Assembly: GCA_964016885.1 (NCBI GenBank)
Contig: OZ024741.1
Location: 262,074,001-262,138,000 of the forward strand
Origin: Eledone cirrhosa
Lineage: Eukaryota
Direction: 5' to 3'
DNA: 64,000 nucleotides
In this document: positions 13,552 to 25,800 of the stretch, one piece after another
Position numbering within the stretch: the first letter of the stretch is position 1
Layout of the letters: every line of letters begins with the position of its first letter
Made by a program: the position numbers and the translations under genes
Notes under the pieces: model-generated
Database searches by the model: none
What the model saw: only the letters and a program-made list of their open reading frames with translations
What the model was told of the DNA's origin: nothing

Positions 13552-16500
13552 CGTTTCGCTTTACGAGTGTTTCGACTTACGAGTCTTTCGACATACGAGT
13601 GTTTCAGCTTACGAGTGTTTTGATTTACGAGTGTTTTGACTTACGGGTGTTTCGACTTTCGCGTGTTTCGACTTACGAGTGTTTGGACTTACGAGTGTTT
13701 CGACTTACGAGTGTTTCGGCTTACGAGTGTTTCGAATTACGAGTGTTTTGGCATACGAATGTTTTCACTGACGGGTGTTTCGACTTACGGGTGTTTCGGC
13801 TTACGAGTGTTTCGACTTACGAGTGTTTTGACTTAGGAGTGTTCTGACTTACGAGTGTTCTGACTTACGAGTGTTCCGACTAACAAGTGTTCCGACTTAC
13901 GAGTGTTTCGGCTTACGTGTGTTTCGGCTTACGAGTGTTTCGGCTTACGAGTGTTTTGACTTACGAGTGTTCTGACTACGAGTGTTCTGACTTACGAGTG
14001 TTCTGACTTACGAGTGTTCCGACTTACGAGTGTTTCGGCTTATGAGTGTTTCGACTTACGGGCGTTTCGACTTACGAGTGTTTTGACTTACGAGTGTTCT
14101 GACTTACGAGTGTTCTGACTTACGAGTGTTCCGACTTACGACTGTTTCGACTTACGAGTGTTTTGACTTACGAGTGTTCCGACTTACGAGTGTTTCGGCT
14201 TACGGGTGTTTCGACGTACGAGTATTTTTGGCTTACGAGTGTTTCGACTTACGAGTGTTTTGAATTACGATTGTTTCGGCTTACGAGTGTTTCGACTTAC
14301 GAGTATTTCGACTTACGAGTGTTTTGACTTACGGGTGATTTGACATTCGAGTGTTTCGATACGAGTGCTCTGACTTACGAGTGTTCTGAATTACGAGTGT
14401 TCTGACTTACGAGTGTTCGGACTTACAGGTGTTCTGACTTACGTGTGTTCCGACTTACGAGTGTTTCGGCTATGGGTGTTTCGACTTACGAGTGTTTCGA
14501 CTTACGAATGTTTTGGCTTACGAGTGTTTCGGCTTACGAGTGTTTCGACTTACGAATGTTTTGGCTTACGGTGTTTCGGCTTACGAGTGTTTCGACTTAC
14601 GAGTGTTTTGACTTACGGTGTTTCGGCTTACGAGTTATTCGACATACGAGTGTTTCGACTTACGGGTGTTTCGACTTACGGGTGTTTCGACTTACGAGTG
14701 TTTCGACTTATGAGTGTTTCGACTTACGAGTGTTCTGACTTACGAGTGTTCTGACATACGAGTGTTCCGACTTACGAGTGTTTCGGTTTACGAGTGTTTC
14801 GACATACGAGTGTTTTGACTTACGGGTGTTTCGACTTACGGGTGTTTCGACTTACGAGTGTTTCGGCTTACGAGTGTTTCGACTTACTAATGTTTTTATT
14901 TACGAGTGTTTCGGTGTACGAGTGTTTCGACTTAAGGATGTTTCGACATACGAGTGTTTCGACTTACGAGTGTTTCGGCTTACGTGAGTTTTGAATTAAG
15001 AGTGTTCTTACGAGTGTTTTGACTTACGAATGTTTTGACTTACGGGTGTTTCGGCTTACGAGTGTTTCGACTTACCAGTGTTTCGGCTTGCGAGTGTTTC
15101 GACTTACTAATGTTTTTCCTTACGAGTTTTCGGCGTACGAGTGTTTCGACTTACGAGTGTTTCGACTTACGGGTGTTTTGACTTACGGGTGTTTCGGCTT
15201 ACGAGTGTTTCGACTTACGAGTGTTTCGGCTTATGAGTGTTTCGACTTACGAGTGTTTTGACTTACGGGTGTTTTGACATACGAGTGTTTCGATACGAGT
15301 GTTCTGACTTACGAGTGTTCTGACTTACGAGTGTTCTGACTTACGAGTGTTCTGACTTACGGGTGTTCTGACTTACGAGTGTTCCGACTTACGAGTGTTT
15401 CGGCTATGAGTGTTTTGACTTACGGGTGTTTCGACTTACGGGTGTTTCGACTTACGAGTGTTTCGACTTACGAGTGTTTCCGCTTACGAGTGTTTCGGCT
15501 TACGAGTGTTTCGACATACTAATGTTTTTACTTACGAGTGTTTCGGTGTACGAGTGTTTCGACTTAAGGATGCTTCGACTTACGAGTGTTTCGACTTACG
15601 AGTGTTTCGACTTACGAGTGTTTCGAATTACGAGTGTTTTGGCTTACGAATGTTTTCACTTACGGGTGTTTCGACTTACGGGTGTTTCGGCTTACGAGTG
15701 TTTCGACTTACGAGTGTTTTGACTTACGAGTGTTCTGACTTACGAGTGTTCTGACTACGAGTGTTCTGACTTACGGGTGTTCTGACTTACGAGTGTTTCG
15801 GCTTATGAAGGTTTCGACTTACGGGCGTTTCGACTTACGGGTGTTTCGACTTACGAGTGTTTTGACTTACGAGTGTTCTGACTTACGAGTGTTCTGTCTT
15901 ACGAGTGTTCCGACTTACGACTGTTTCGACTTACGAGTGTTTCGACTTAAGAGTGTTTTGAATTACGATTGTTTCGGCTTACGAGTATTTCGACTTACGA
16001 GTGATTCGGCTATGGGTGTTTCGACTTACGAGTGTTTCGACTTACGAATGTTTTGGCTTACGAGTGTTTCGGCTTACGAGTGTTTCGACTTACGAATGTT
16101 TTAGCTTACGAGTGTTTCGGCTTACGGGCGTTTCGACTTACGAGTGTTTCGACTTACGAGTGTTTTGACTTACGAGTGTTCCGACTTACGAGTGTTTCGG
16201 TTTACGAGTGTTTCGACTTACTAATGTTTTTACTTACGAGTGTTTCGGTGTACGAGTGTTTCGACTTAAGGATGTTTCGACTTACGAGTGTTTCGACTTA
16301 CGTGTGTTTCGGCTTACGTGAGTTTCGACTTAAGAGTGTTCTGATTTACGAGTGTTCTGACTTGCGGGTGTTCTGATTTACGAGTGTTCCGACTTACGAG
16401 TGTTTCGGCTTATGAGTGTTTCGACTTACGAGTGTTTCGGCTTACGAGTGTTTCGACTTACGGTGTTTCGGCTTACGAGTGTTTCGACATACGAGTGTTT

Positions 16501-16916
16501 TGACTTACGGGTGTTTCGACTTACGAGTGTTTTGACTTACGAATGTTTTGACTTACGGGTGTTTCGGCTTACGAGTGTTTCGACTTACGAGTGTTTCGGC
16601 TTACGAGTGTTTCGACTTACTAATGTTTTTACTTACGAGTGTTTCGGCGTACGAGAGTTTTGACTTACGAGTGTTTCGACTTGCGGGTGTTTCGACTTAC
16701 GAGTGTTTTGACTTACGAATGTTTTGACTTACGGGTTTTTCGGCTTACGAGTGTTTCGACTTACGAGTCTTTCTGCTTACAAGTGTTTCGACTTACTATT
16801 GTTTTTACTTACGAGTGTTTCGGCTTACGAGTGTTTCGACTTACGAGTGTTCTGACTTACGAGTGTTCTGACTTATGAGTGTTCTGACTTACGAGTGTTC
16901 TGACTTACGAGTGTTT

Positions 16917-17001
16917 AAACTATGGGGTAACACTCATGAAGCAATAAGATGGTTTAACAACATTACTGATAAGAAAAAATCAAAATTTATAAGACATAAG
17001 G
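16917..17001 (+). mobile_element. Unique ~85-bp non-satellite insert; probable fragment of a Penelope-like retroelement reverse transcriptase
   Basis: Only single-copy sequence in the window (AAACTATGGGGTAAC...AAGACATAAGG). One open frame reads KLWGNTHEAIRWFNNITDKKKSKFI, matching from recall the W-x-N-T-x3-I-x-W-F-x2-I-x2-K-x4-F-I pattern that precedes FDIxxFYPSI in invertebrate PLE RTs. The insert itself is certain; its identity has not been database-checked. Confidence 0.6.
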
Positions 17002-17340
17002 ACGAGTGTTTCGGCGTACGAGTGTTTCGACGTACGAGTGTTTCGACGTACGAGTGTTTCGACTTACGAGTGTTTTGCCTTACGAGTGTTTTGACTTACG
17101 GGTGTTTCGGCTTACGTGTGTTTCGACTTACGGGTGTTTCGACTTACGAATGTTTTGACTTACGGGTGTTTCGGCTTACGAGTGTTCTGAATTACGAGTG
17201 TTCTGACTTACGAGTGTTCTGACTTACGAGTGTTCTGACTTACGAGTGTTCTGACTTACGAGTGTTCCGACTTATGAGTGTTCCGACTTACGAGTGTTTC
17301 GGCTCACGAGTGTTTCGGCTTACGAGTGTTTCGACTTACG

Positions 17341-17409
17341 AAAATAACAAATAGACGCGGTTTCAAATCTCTATGCTTTTCAAATTCATTACATTGATCT
17401 TTATTTACA
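17341..17409. repeat. 69-bp AT-rich spacer, copy 9 (divergent allele B: CATTGATC, TTTACACG)
   Basis: Direct read; two private substitutions. Confidence 0.96.
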
Positions 17410-18061
17410 CGTTTCGCTTTACGAGTGTTTCGACTTACGAGTGTTTCGACTTACGAGTGTTTTGACTTACGAGTGTTCTGACTTACGAGTGTTCTGACTT
17501 ACGAGTGTTTCGACTTACGAGTGTTCTGACTTAGGAGTGTTCTGACTTACGAGTGTTCCGACTTACGAGTGTTTCGACTTACGAGTGTTTCGACTTACGA
17601 GTGTTTCGACTTACGAGTGTTTCGGCTTACGAGTGTTTTGACTTACGAGTGTTCTGACTACGAGTGTTCTGACTTACGAGTGTTTCGGCTTATGAGTGTT
17701 TCGACTTACGAGTGTTTCGGCTTACGAGTGTTTCGACTTACGAGTGTTTCGACTTACGAGTGTTTCGACTTACGGGTGTTTCGACTTACGAGTGTTTCGA
17801 CTACGAGTGTTTCGACTTACGAGTGTTTCGGCTTACGAGTGTTTCGACTTACGAGTGTTCTGACTTACGAGTGTTCTGACTTATGAGTGTTCTGACTTAC
17901 GAGTGTTCTGACTTACGAGTGTTCTGACTTACGAGTGTTCTGACTTACGAGTGTTCTAACTTACGAGTGTTCTGACTTACGAGTGTTCTGACTTACGAGT
18001 GTTCCGACTTACGAGTGTTTCGCCTCACAAGTGTTTCGGCTTACGAGTGTTTCGACTTACT

Positions 18062-18130
18062 AAAATAACAAATAGACGCGGTTTCAAATCTCTATGCTTT
18101 TCAAATTCATTACATTAATCTTTATTTATA
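18062..18130. repeat. 69-bp AT-rich spacer, copy 10 (allele B, followed by CGCTTCG)
   Basis: Direct read. Confidence 0.96.
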
Positions 18131-18606
18131 CGCTTCGCTTTACGAGTGTTTCGACTTACGAGTGTTTCGACTTACGAGTGTTTCGGCTTACGAGTGTTTT
18201 GACTTACGAGTGTTTTGACTTACATGTGTTTCGACTTACGCGTGTTTAGACTTACGAGTGTTTCGACTTGCGAGTGTTTCGACTACGGGTGTTTCGACTT
18301 ACGAATGTTTTGACTTACGAATGTTTTGACTTACGGGTGTTTCGGCTTACGTGTGTTTCGACTTACGAGTGTTCTGACTTACGAGTGTTCTGACTTACGA
18401 GTGTTCCGACTTACGAGTGTTTCGACTTAAGAGTGTTTCGGATTACGAGTGCTTCGACTTACGAGTGTTTCGGCTTACGAGTGTTTCGACTTACGAGTGT
18501 TCTGACTACGAGTGTTCTGACTTACGGGTGTTCTGACTTACGAGTGTTCCGACTTACGAGTGTTTCGGCTCACAAGTGTTTCGGCTTACGAGTGTTTCGA
18601 CTTACG

Positions 18607-18675
18607 AAAATAACAAATAGACGCGGTTTCAAATCTCTATGCTTTTCAAATTCATTACATTAATCTTTATTTATA
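18607..18675. repeat. 69-bp AT-rich spacer, copy 11 (allele B, followed by CGCTTCG)
   Basis: 545 bp after copy 10. Confidence 0.96.
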
Positions 18676-21600
18676 CGCTTCGCTTTACGAGTGTTTCGAC
18701 TTACGAGTGTTTCGACTTACGAGTGTTTCGGCTTACGAGTGTTTTGACTTACGAGTGTTTTGACTTACATGTGTTTCGACTTACGCGTGTTTAGACTTAC
18801 GAGTGTTTCGACTTGCGAGTGTTTCGACTACGGGTGTTTCGACTTACGAATGATTTGACTTACGAATGTTTTGACTTACGGGTGTTTCGGCTTACGTGTG
18901 TTTCGATTTACGAGTGTTCTGACTTACGAGTGTTCTGACTTACGAGTGTTCCGACTTACGAGTGTTTCGACTTAAGAGTGTTTCGGATTACGAGTGCTTC
19001 GACTTACGAGTGTTTCGGCTTACGAGTGTTTCGACTTACGAGTGTTCTGACTACGAGTGTTCTGACTTACGGGTGTTCTGACTTACGAGTGTTCCGACTT
19101 ACGAGTGTTTCGGCTTATGAGTGTTTCGACTTACGAGTGTTTCCGCTTTCGAGTGTTTCGACTTACGAGTGTTTCGGGTTACGAGTGTTTCGACTTACGA
19201 ATGTTTTCGCTTACGAGTGTTTCCGCTTACGAGTGTTTCGACTTACGAGTGTTTTGACTTACGGTTTTTCGGCTTGCGAGTGTTTCCACATACGAGTGTT
19301 TTGACTTACGGGCGTTTCGACTTACGGGTGTTTCGACTTACGAGTGTTTCGACTTACGAGTGTTCTGACTTACGAGTGTTCTGACTTACGAGTGTTTTGA
19401 CTTACGAGTGTTCTGACTTACGAGTGTTCCGACTTACGGGTGTTTCCGGCTTACGAGTGTTTCGGCTTACGAATGTTTTGACTTACGGTGTTTCGGCTTA
19501 CGAGTGATTCGACTTACGAGTGTTTTGACTTACGGGTGTTTTGACTTACGGGTGTTGTGAATTACGAGTGTTCCGATTTACGAGTGTTTTGACTTACGGT
19601 GTTTCGGCTTACGAGTGTTTCGACATACGAGTGTTTTGCCTTACGGGTGTTTCGACTTACGGGTGTTTCGGCTTACGAGTGTTTCGACTTACGAGTGTTT
19701 CGGCTTACGAGTGTTTCGACTTACTAATGTTTTTACTTACGCGTGTTTCGGCGTACGAGAGTTTTGACTTACGGGTGTTTCGACTTACGAGTGTTTTGAC
19801 TTACGAATGTTTTGACTTATGGGTGTTTCGGCTTACGAGTGTTTCGACTTACGAGTCTTTCGGCTTACGAGTGTTTCGACTTACTAATGTTTTTACTTAC
19901 GAGTGTTTCGGCGTACGAATGTTTCGACTTACGAGTATTTCGACTTACGGGTGTTTTGACTTACGGGTGTTTCGGCTTACGAGTGTTTCGACTTACGAGT
20001 GTTTGACTTAAGGGTGTTTCGACTTACGAGTATTTTTGGCTTACGAGTGTTTCGACTTACGAGTGTTTTGACTTACGAGTGTTCTGATTTACGGATGTTT
20101 CGACATACGAGTGTTTCGACTTACGAGTGTTTCGACTTATGAGTGTTTCGACTTACGAGTGTTTCGACTTACGAGTGTTTCGGCTTATGAGTGTTTCGAC
20201 TTACGAGTGTTTTGACTTACGGTGTTTCGGCTTACGAGTGTTTCGACTTACGAGTGTTTTGACTTACGGGTGTTTTGACATACGAGTGTTTCGATACGAG
20301 TGTTCTGACTTACGAGTGTTCTGACTTACGAGTGTTTTGACTTACGTGTGTTCTGACTTACGAGTGTTCCGACTTACGAGTGTTCCGACTTACGAGTGTT
20401 TCGGCTTACGAGTGTTTCCGGCTTACGAGTGTTTCGACTTACGAGTGTTTTGACTTACGGGTGTTGTGACTTACGAGTGTTCCGATTTACGAGTGTTTTG
20501 ACTTACGGTGTTTCGGCTTACGAGTGATTCGACTTACGAATGTTTTGACTTACGGGTGTTTCGGCTTGCGAGTGTTTCGACTTACGAGTGTTTCGGCTTA
20601 TGAGTGTTTCGTCTTACTAATGTTTTTACTTACGAGTGTTTCGGCGTACGAGTGTTTTGACTTACGATTGTTTCGACTTACGAGTGTTTTGACTTACGAA
20701 TGTTTTGACTTACGGGTGTTTCGGCTTACGAGTGTTTCGACTTACGAGTGTTTCGGCTTGCGAGTGTTTCGACTTACTAATGTTTTTACTTACGAGTGTT
20801 TCGGCGTACGAGTGTTTCGACTTACGAGTGTTTCGACTTACGGGTGTTTTGACTTACGGGTGTTGTGAATTACGAGTGTTCCGATTTACGAGTGTTTTGA
20901 CTTACGGTGTTTCGGCTTACGAATGATTTGACTTACGAATGTTTTGACTTACGGGTGTTTCGGCTTGCGAGTGTTTCGACTTACGAGAGTTTTGACTTAC
21001 GAGTGTTTCGACTTACGAGTGTTTTGACTTAAGGGTGTTTCGACTTACGAGTTATTTCGGCTTACGAGTGTTTCGACTTACGAGTGTTTTGACTTACGAG
21101 TGTTCTGATTTACGGATGTTTCGACATACGAGTGTTTTCACTTACGGTGTTTCGGCTTACGAGTGATTCGACTTACGAGTGTTTTGACTTACGGATGTTT
21201 TGACTTACGGGTGTTGTGAATTACGAGTGTTCCTATTTACGAGTGTTTTGACTTACGGTGTTTCGGCTTACGAGTGATTCGACTTACGAATGTTTTGACT
21301 TACGGGTGTTTCGGCTTGCGAGTGTTTCGACTTACGAGTGTTTCGGCTTATGAGTGTTTCGACTTACTAATGGTTTTACTTACGAGTGTTTCGGCGTACG
21401 AGTGTTTTGACTTACGACTGTTTCGACTTACGAGTGTTTTGACTTACGAATGTTTTGAACGACGGGTGTTTCGGCTTACGAGTGTTTCGACTTACGAGTG
21501 TTTCGGCTTGCGAGTGTTTCGACTTACTAATGTTTTTACTTACGAGTGTTTGGGCGTACGAGTGTTTCGACATACGAGTGTTTTGACTTACGGGTGTTTC

Positions 21601-22736
21601 GACTTACGAGTGTTTTGACTTACGAATGTTTTGACTTACGGGTGTTTCGGCTTACGAGTGTTTCGACTTATGAGTGTTTCGGCTTACGAGTGTTTCGACT
21701 TACTAATGTTTTTACTTACGATTGTTTCGGCGTACGAGAGTTTTGACTTACAAGTGTTTCGACTTACGAGTGTTTCGACTTACGAGTGTTTTGACTTACG
21801 AATGTTTTGACTTACGGGTGTTTCGGCTTACGAGTGTTTCGACTTACGAGTCTTTCGGCTTACGAGTGTCTCGACTTACTAATGTTTTTACTTACGAGTG
21901 TTTCGGCGTACGAGTGTTTAGACTTACGAGTATTTCGACTTACGGGTGTTTTGACTTACGGGTGTTTCGGCTTACGAGTGTTTCGACTTACGAGTGTTTG
22001 ACTTAAGGGTGTTTCGACTTACGAGTATTTTTGGCTTACGAGTGTTTCGACTTACGAGTGTTTTGACTTACGAGTGTTCTGATTTACGGATGTTTCGACA
22101 TACGAGTGTTTGGACTTACGAGTGTTTCGACTTATGAGTGTTTCGACTTACGAGTGTTTCGAGTTACGAGTGTTTCGGCTTATGAGTGTTTCGACTTACG
22201 AGTGTTTTGACTTACGGTGTTTCGGCTTACGAGTGTTTCGACTTACGAGTGTTTTGACATACGGGTGTTTTGACATACGAGTGTTTCGATACGAGTGTTC
22301 TGACTTACGAGTGTTCTGACTTACGAGGGTTCCGACTTACGAGTGTTCCGACTTACGAGTGTTTTGGCTTACGGTGTTTCGGCTTACGAGTGTTTCGAGT
22401 TACGAGTGTTTTGACTTACGCGTGTTTTGACATACGAGTGTTTCGATACGAGGGTTCTGACTTTCGAGTGTTCTGACTTACGAGTGTTCTGACTTACGAG
22501 TGTTCTGACTTACGAGTGTTCCGACTTTACGAGTGTTTCGGCTCACGAGTGTTTTGGCTTACGGTGTTTCGGCTTACGAGTGTTTCGAGTTACGAGTGTT
22601 TTGACTTACGCGTGTTTTGACATACGAGTGTTTCTATACGAGTGTTCTGACTTACGAGTGTTCTGACTTACGAGTGTTCTGACTTACGAGTGTTCTGACT
22701 TACGAGTGTTCTGACTTACGAGTGTATCGACTTACG

Positions 22737-22805
22737 AAAATAACAAATAGACGCGGTTTCAAATCTCTATGCTTTTCAAATTCATTACATTAATCTTTAT
22801 TTATA
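22737..22805. repeat. 69-bp AT-rich spacer, copy 12 (allele B)
   Basis: Direct read. Confidence 0.97.
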
Positions 22806-25800
22806 CGTTTCGCTTTACGAGTGTTTCAGCTTACGAGTGTTTTGATTTACGAGTGTTTTGACTTACGGGTGTTTCGACTTTCGCGTGTTTCGACTTACGA
22901 TAGTTTCGACTTACGAGTGTTTCGACTTACGAGTGTTTCGGCTTACGAGTGTTTCGAATTACGAGTGTTTTGGCATACGAATGTTTTCACTGACGGGTGT
23001 TTCGACTTACGAGTGTTTCGACTTACGAGTGTTTTGACTTACGAGTGTTCTGACTTACGAGTGTTCTGACTTACGAGTGTTCCGACTAACAAGTGTTCCG
23101 ACTTACGAGTGTTTCGGCTTACGTGTGTTTCGGCTTACGAGTGTTTCGGCTTACGAGTGTTTTGACTTACGAGTGTTCTGACTACGAGTGTTCTGACTTA
23201 CGAGTGTTCTGACTTACGAGTGTTCCGACATACGAGTGTTTCGGCTTATGAGTGTTTCGACTTACGGGCGTTTCGACTTACGGGTGTTTCGACTTACGAG
23301 TGTTTTGACTTACGAGTGTTCTGACTTCCGAGTGTTCTGACTTACGAGTGTTCCGACTTACGACTGTTTCGACTTACGAGTGTTTTGACTTACGAGTGTT
23401 CCGACTTACGAGTGTTTAAGCTTACGGGTGTTTCGACGTACGAGTATTTTTGGCTTACGAGTGTTTCGACTTACAAGTGTTTTGAATTACGATTGTTTCG
23501 GCTTACGAGTGTTTCGACTTACGAGTATTTCGACTTACGAGTGTTTTGACTTACGGGTGTTTTGACATTCGAGTGTTTCGATACGAGTGCTCTGACTTAC
23601 GAGTGTTCTGAATTACGAGTGTTCTGACTTACGAGTGTTCGGACTTACAGGTGTTCTGACTTACGTGTGTTCCGACTTACGAGTGTTTCGGCTATGGGTG
23701 TTTCGACTTACGAGTGTTTCGACTTACGAATGTTTTGGCTTACGAGTGTTTCGGCTTACGAGTGTTTCGGCTTACGAGTGTTTCGACTTACGAATGTTTT
23801 GAATTACGGTGTTTCGGCTTACGAGTTATTCGACATACGTGTGTTTCGACTTACGGGTGTTTCGACTTACGGGTGTTTCGACTTACGAGTGTTTCGGCTT
23901 ACGTGAGTTTTGACTTAAGAGTGTTCTTACGAGTGTTTTGACTTACGAATGTTTTGACTTACGGGTGTTTCGGCTTACGAGTGTTTCGACTTACCAGTGT
24001 TTCGGCTTGCGAGTGTTTCGACTTACTAATGTTTTTCCTTACGAGTTTTCGGCGTACGAGTGTTTCGACTTACGAGTGTTTCGACTTACGAGTGTTTCGG
24101 CTTATGAGTGTTTCGACTTACGAGTGTTTTGACTTACGGGTGTTTTGACATACGAGTGTTTCGATACGAGTGTTCTGACTTACGAGTGTTCTGACTTACG
24201 AGTGTTCTGACTTACGAGTGTTCTGACTTACGGGTGTTCTGACTTACGAGTGTTCCGACTTACGAGTGTTTCGGCTATGAGTGTTTTGACTTACGGGTGT
24301 TTCGACTTACGGGTGTTTCGACTTACGAGTGTTTCGACTTACGAGTGTTTCCGCTTACGAGTGTTTCGGCTTACGAGTGTTTCGACATACTAATGTTTTT
24401 ACTTACGAGTGTTTCGGTGTACGAGTGTTTCGACTTAAGGATGCTTCGACTTACGAGTGTTTCGAATTACGAGTGTTTTGGCTTACGAATGTTTTCACTT
24501 ACGGGTGTTTCGACTTACGGGTGTTTAGGCTTACGAGTGTTTCGACTTACGAGTGTTTTGACTTACGAGTGTTCTGACTTACGAGTGTTCTGACTACGAG
24601 TGTTCTGACTTACGGGTGTTCTGACTTACGAGTGTTCCGACTTACGAGTGTTTCGGCTTATGAAGGTTTCGACTTACGGGCGTTTCGACTTACGGGTGTT
24701 TCGACTTACGAGTGTTTTGACTTACGAGTGTTCTGACTTACGAGTGTTCTGTCTTACGAGTGTTCCGACTTACGACTGTTTCGACTTACGAGTGTTTCGA
24801 CTTAAGAGTGTTTTGAATTACGATTGTTTCGGCTTACGAGTGTTTCGACTTACGAGTATTTCGACTTACGAGTGATTCGGCTATGGGTGTTTCGACTTAC
24901 GAGTGTTTCGACTTACGAATGTTTTGGCTTACGAGTGTTTCGGCTTACGAGTGTTTCGACTTACGAATGTTTTAGCTTACGAGTGTTTCGGCTTACGGGC
25001 GTTTCGACTTACGAGTGTTTCGACTTACGAGTGTTTTGACTTACGGTGTTTCGGCTTACGAGTTATTCGACATACGAGAGTTTCGACTCACGGGTGTTTC
25101 GACTTACGGGTGTTTCGACTTACGAGTGTTTCGACTTATGAGTGTTTCGACTTACGAGTGTTCTGACTTACGAGTGTTCTGACTTACGAGTGTTCCGACT
25201 TACGAGTGTTTCGGTTTACGAGTGTTTCGACATACGAGTGTTTTGACTTACGGGTGTTTCGACTTACGGGTGTTTCGACTTACGAGTGTTTCGGCTTACG
25301 AGTGTTTCGACTTACTAATGTTTTTACTTACGAGTGTTTCGGTGTACGAGTGTTTCGACTTAAGGATGTTTCGACTTACGAGTGTTTCGACTTACGTGTG
25401 TTTCGGCTTACGTGAGTTTCGACTTAAGAGTGTTCTGATTTACGAGTGTTCTGACTTGCGGGTGTTCTGATTTACGAGTGTTCCGACTTACGAGTGTTTC
25501 GGCTTATGAGTGTTTCGACTTACGAGTGTTTCGGCTTACGAGTGTTTCGACTTACGGTGTTTCGGCTTACGAGTGTTTCGACATACGAGTGTTTTGACTT
25601 ACGGGTGTTTCGACTTACGAGTGTTTTGACTTACGAATGTTTTGACTTACGGGTGTTTCGGCTTACGAGTGTTTCGACTTACGAGTGTTTCGGCTTACGA
25701 GTGTTTCGACTTACTAATGTTTTTACTTACGAGTGTTTCGGCGTACGAGAGTTTTGACTTACGAGTGTTTCGACTTGCGGGTGTTTCGACTTACGAGTGT

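Larger units (their letters stand above)
18000..19110 (+). repeat. 545-bp higher-order tandem duplication (2 copies; boundaries approximate)
   Basis: Spacers 18062/18607, ORFs 18433/18978 and the rare CGGATTACGAGTGCTTCG marker are all offset by 545. Confidence 0.88.

Noticed and set aside
16907-17011. Apparent target-site duplication ACGAGTGTTT around the unique insert
   Set aside because: Any insertion in this satellite is flanked by monomer sequence, so the match is uninformative.
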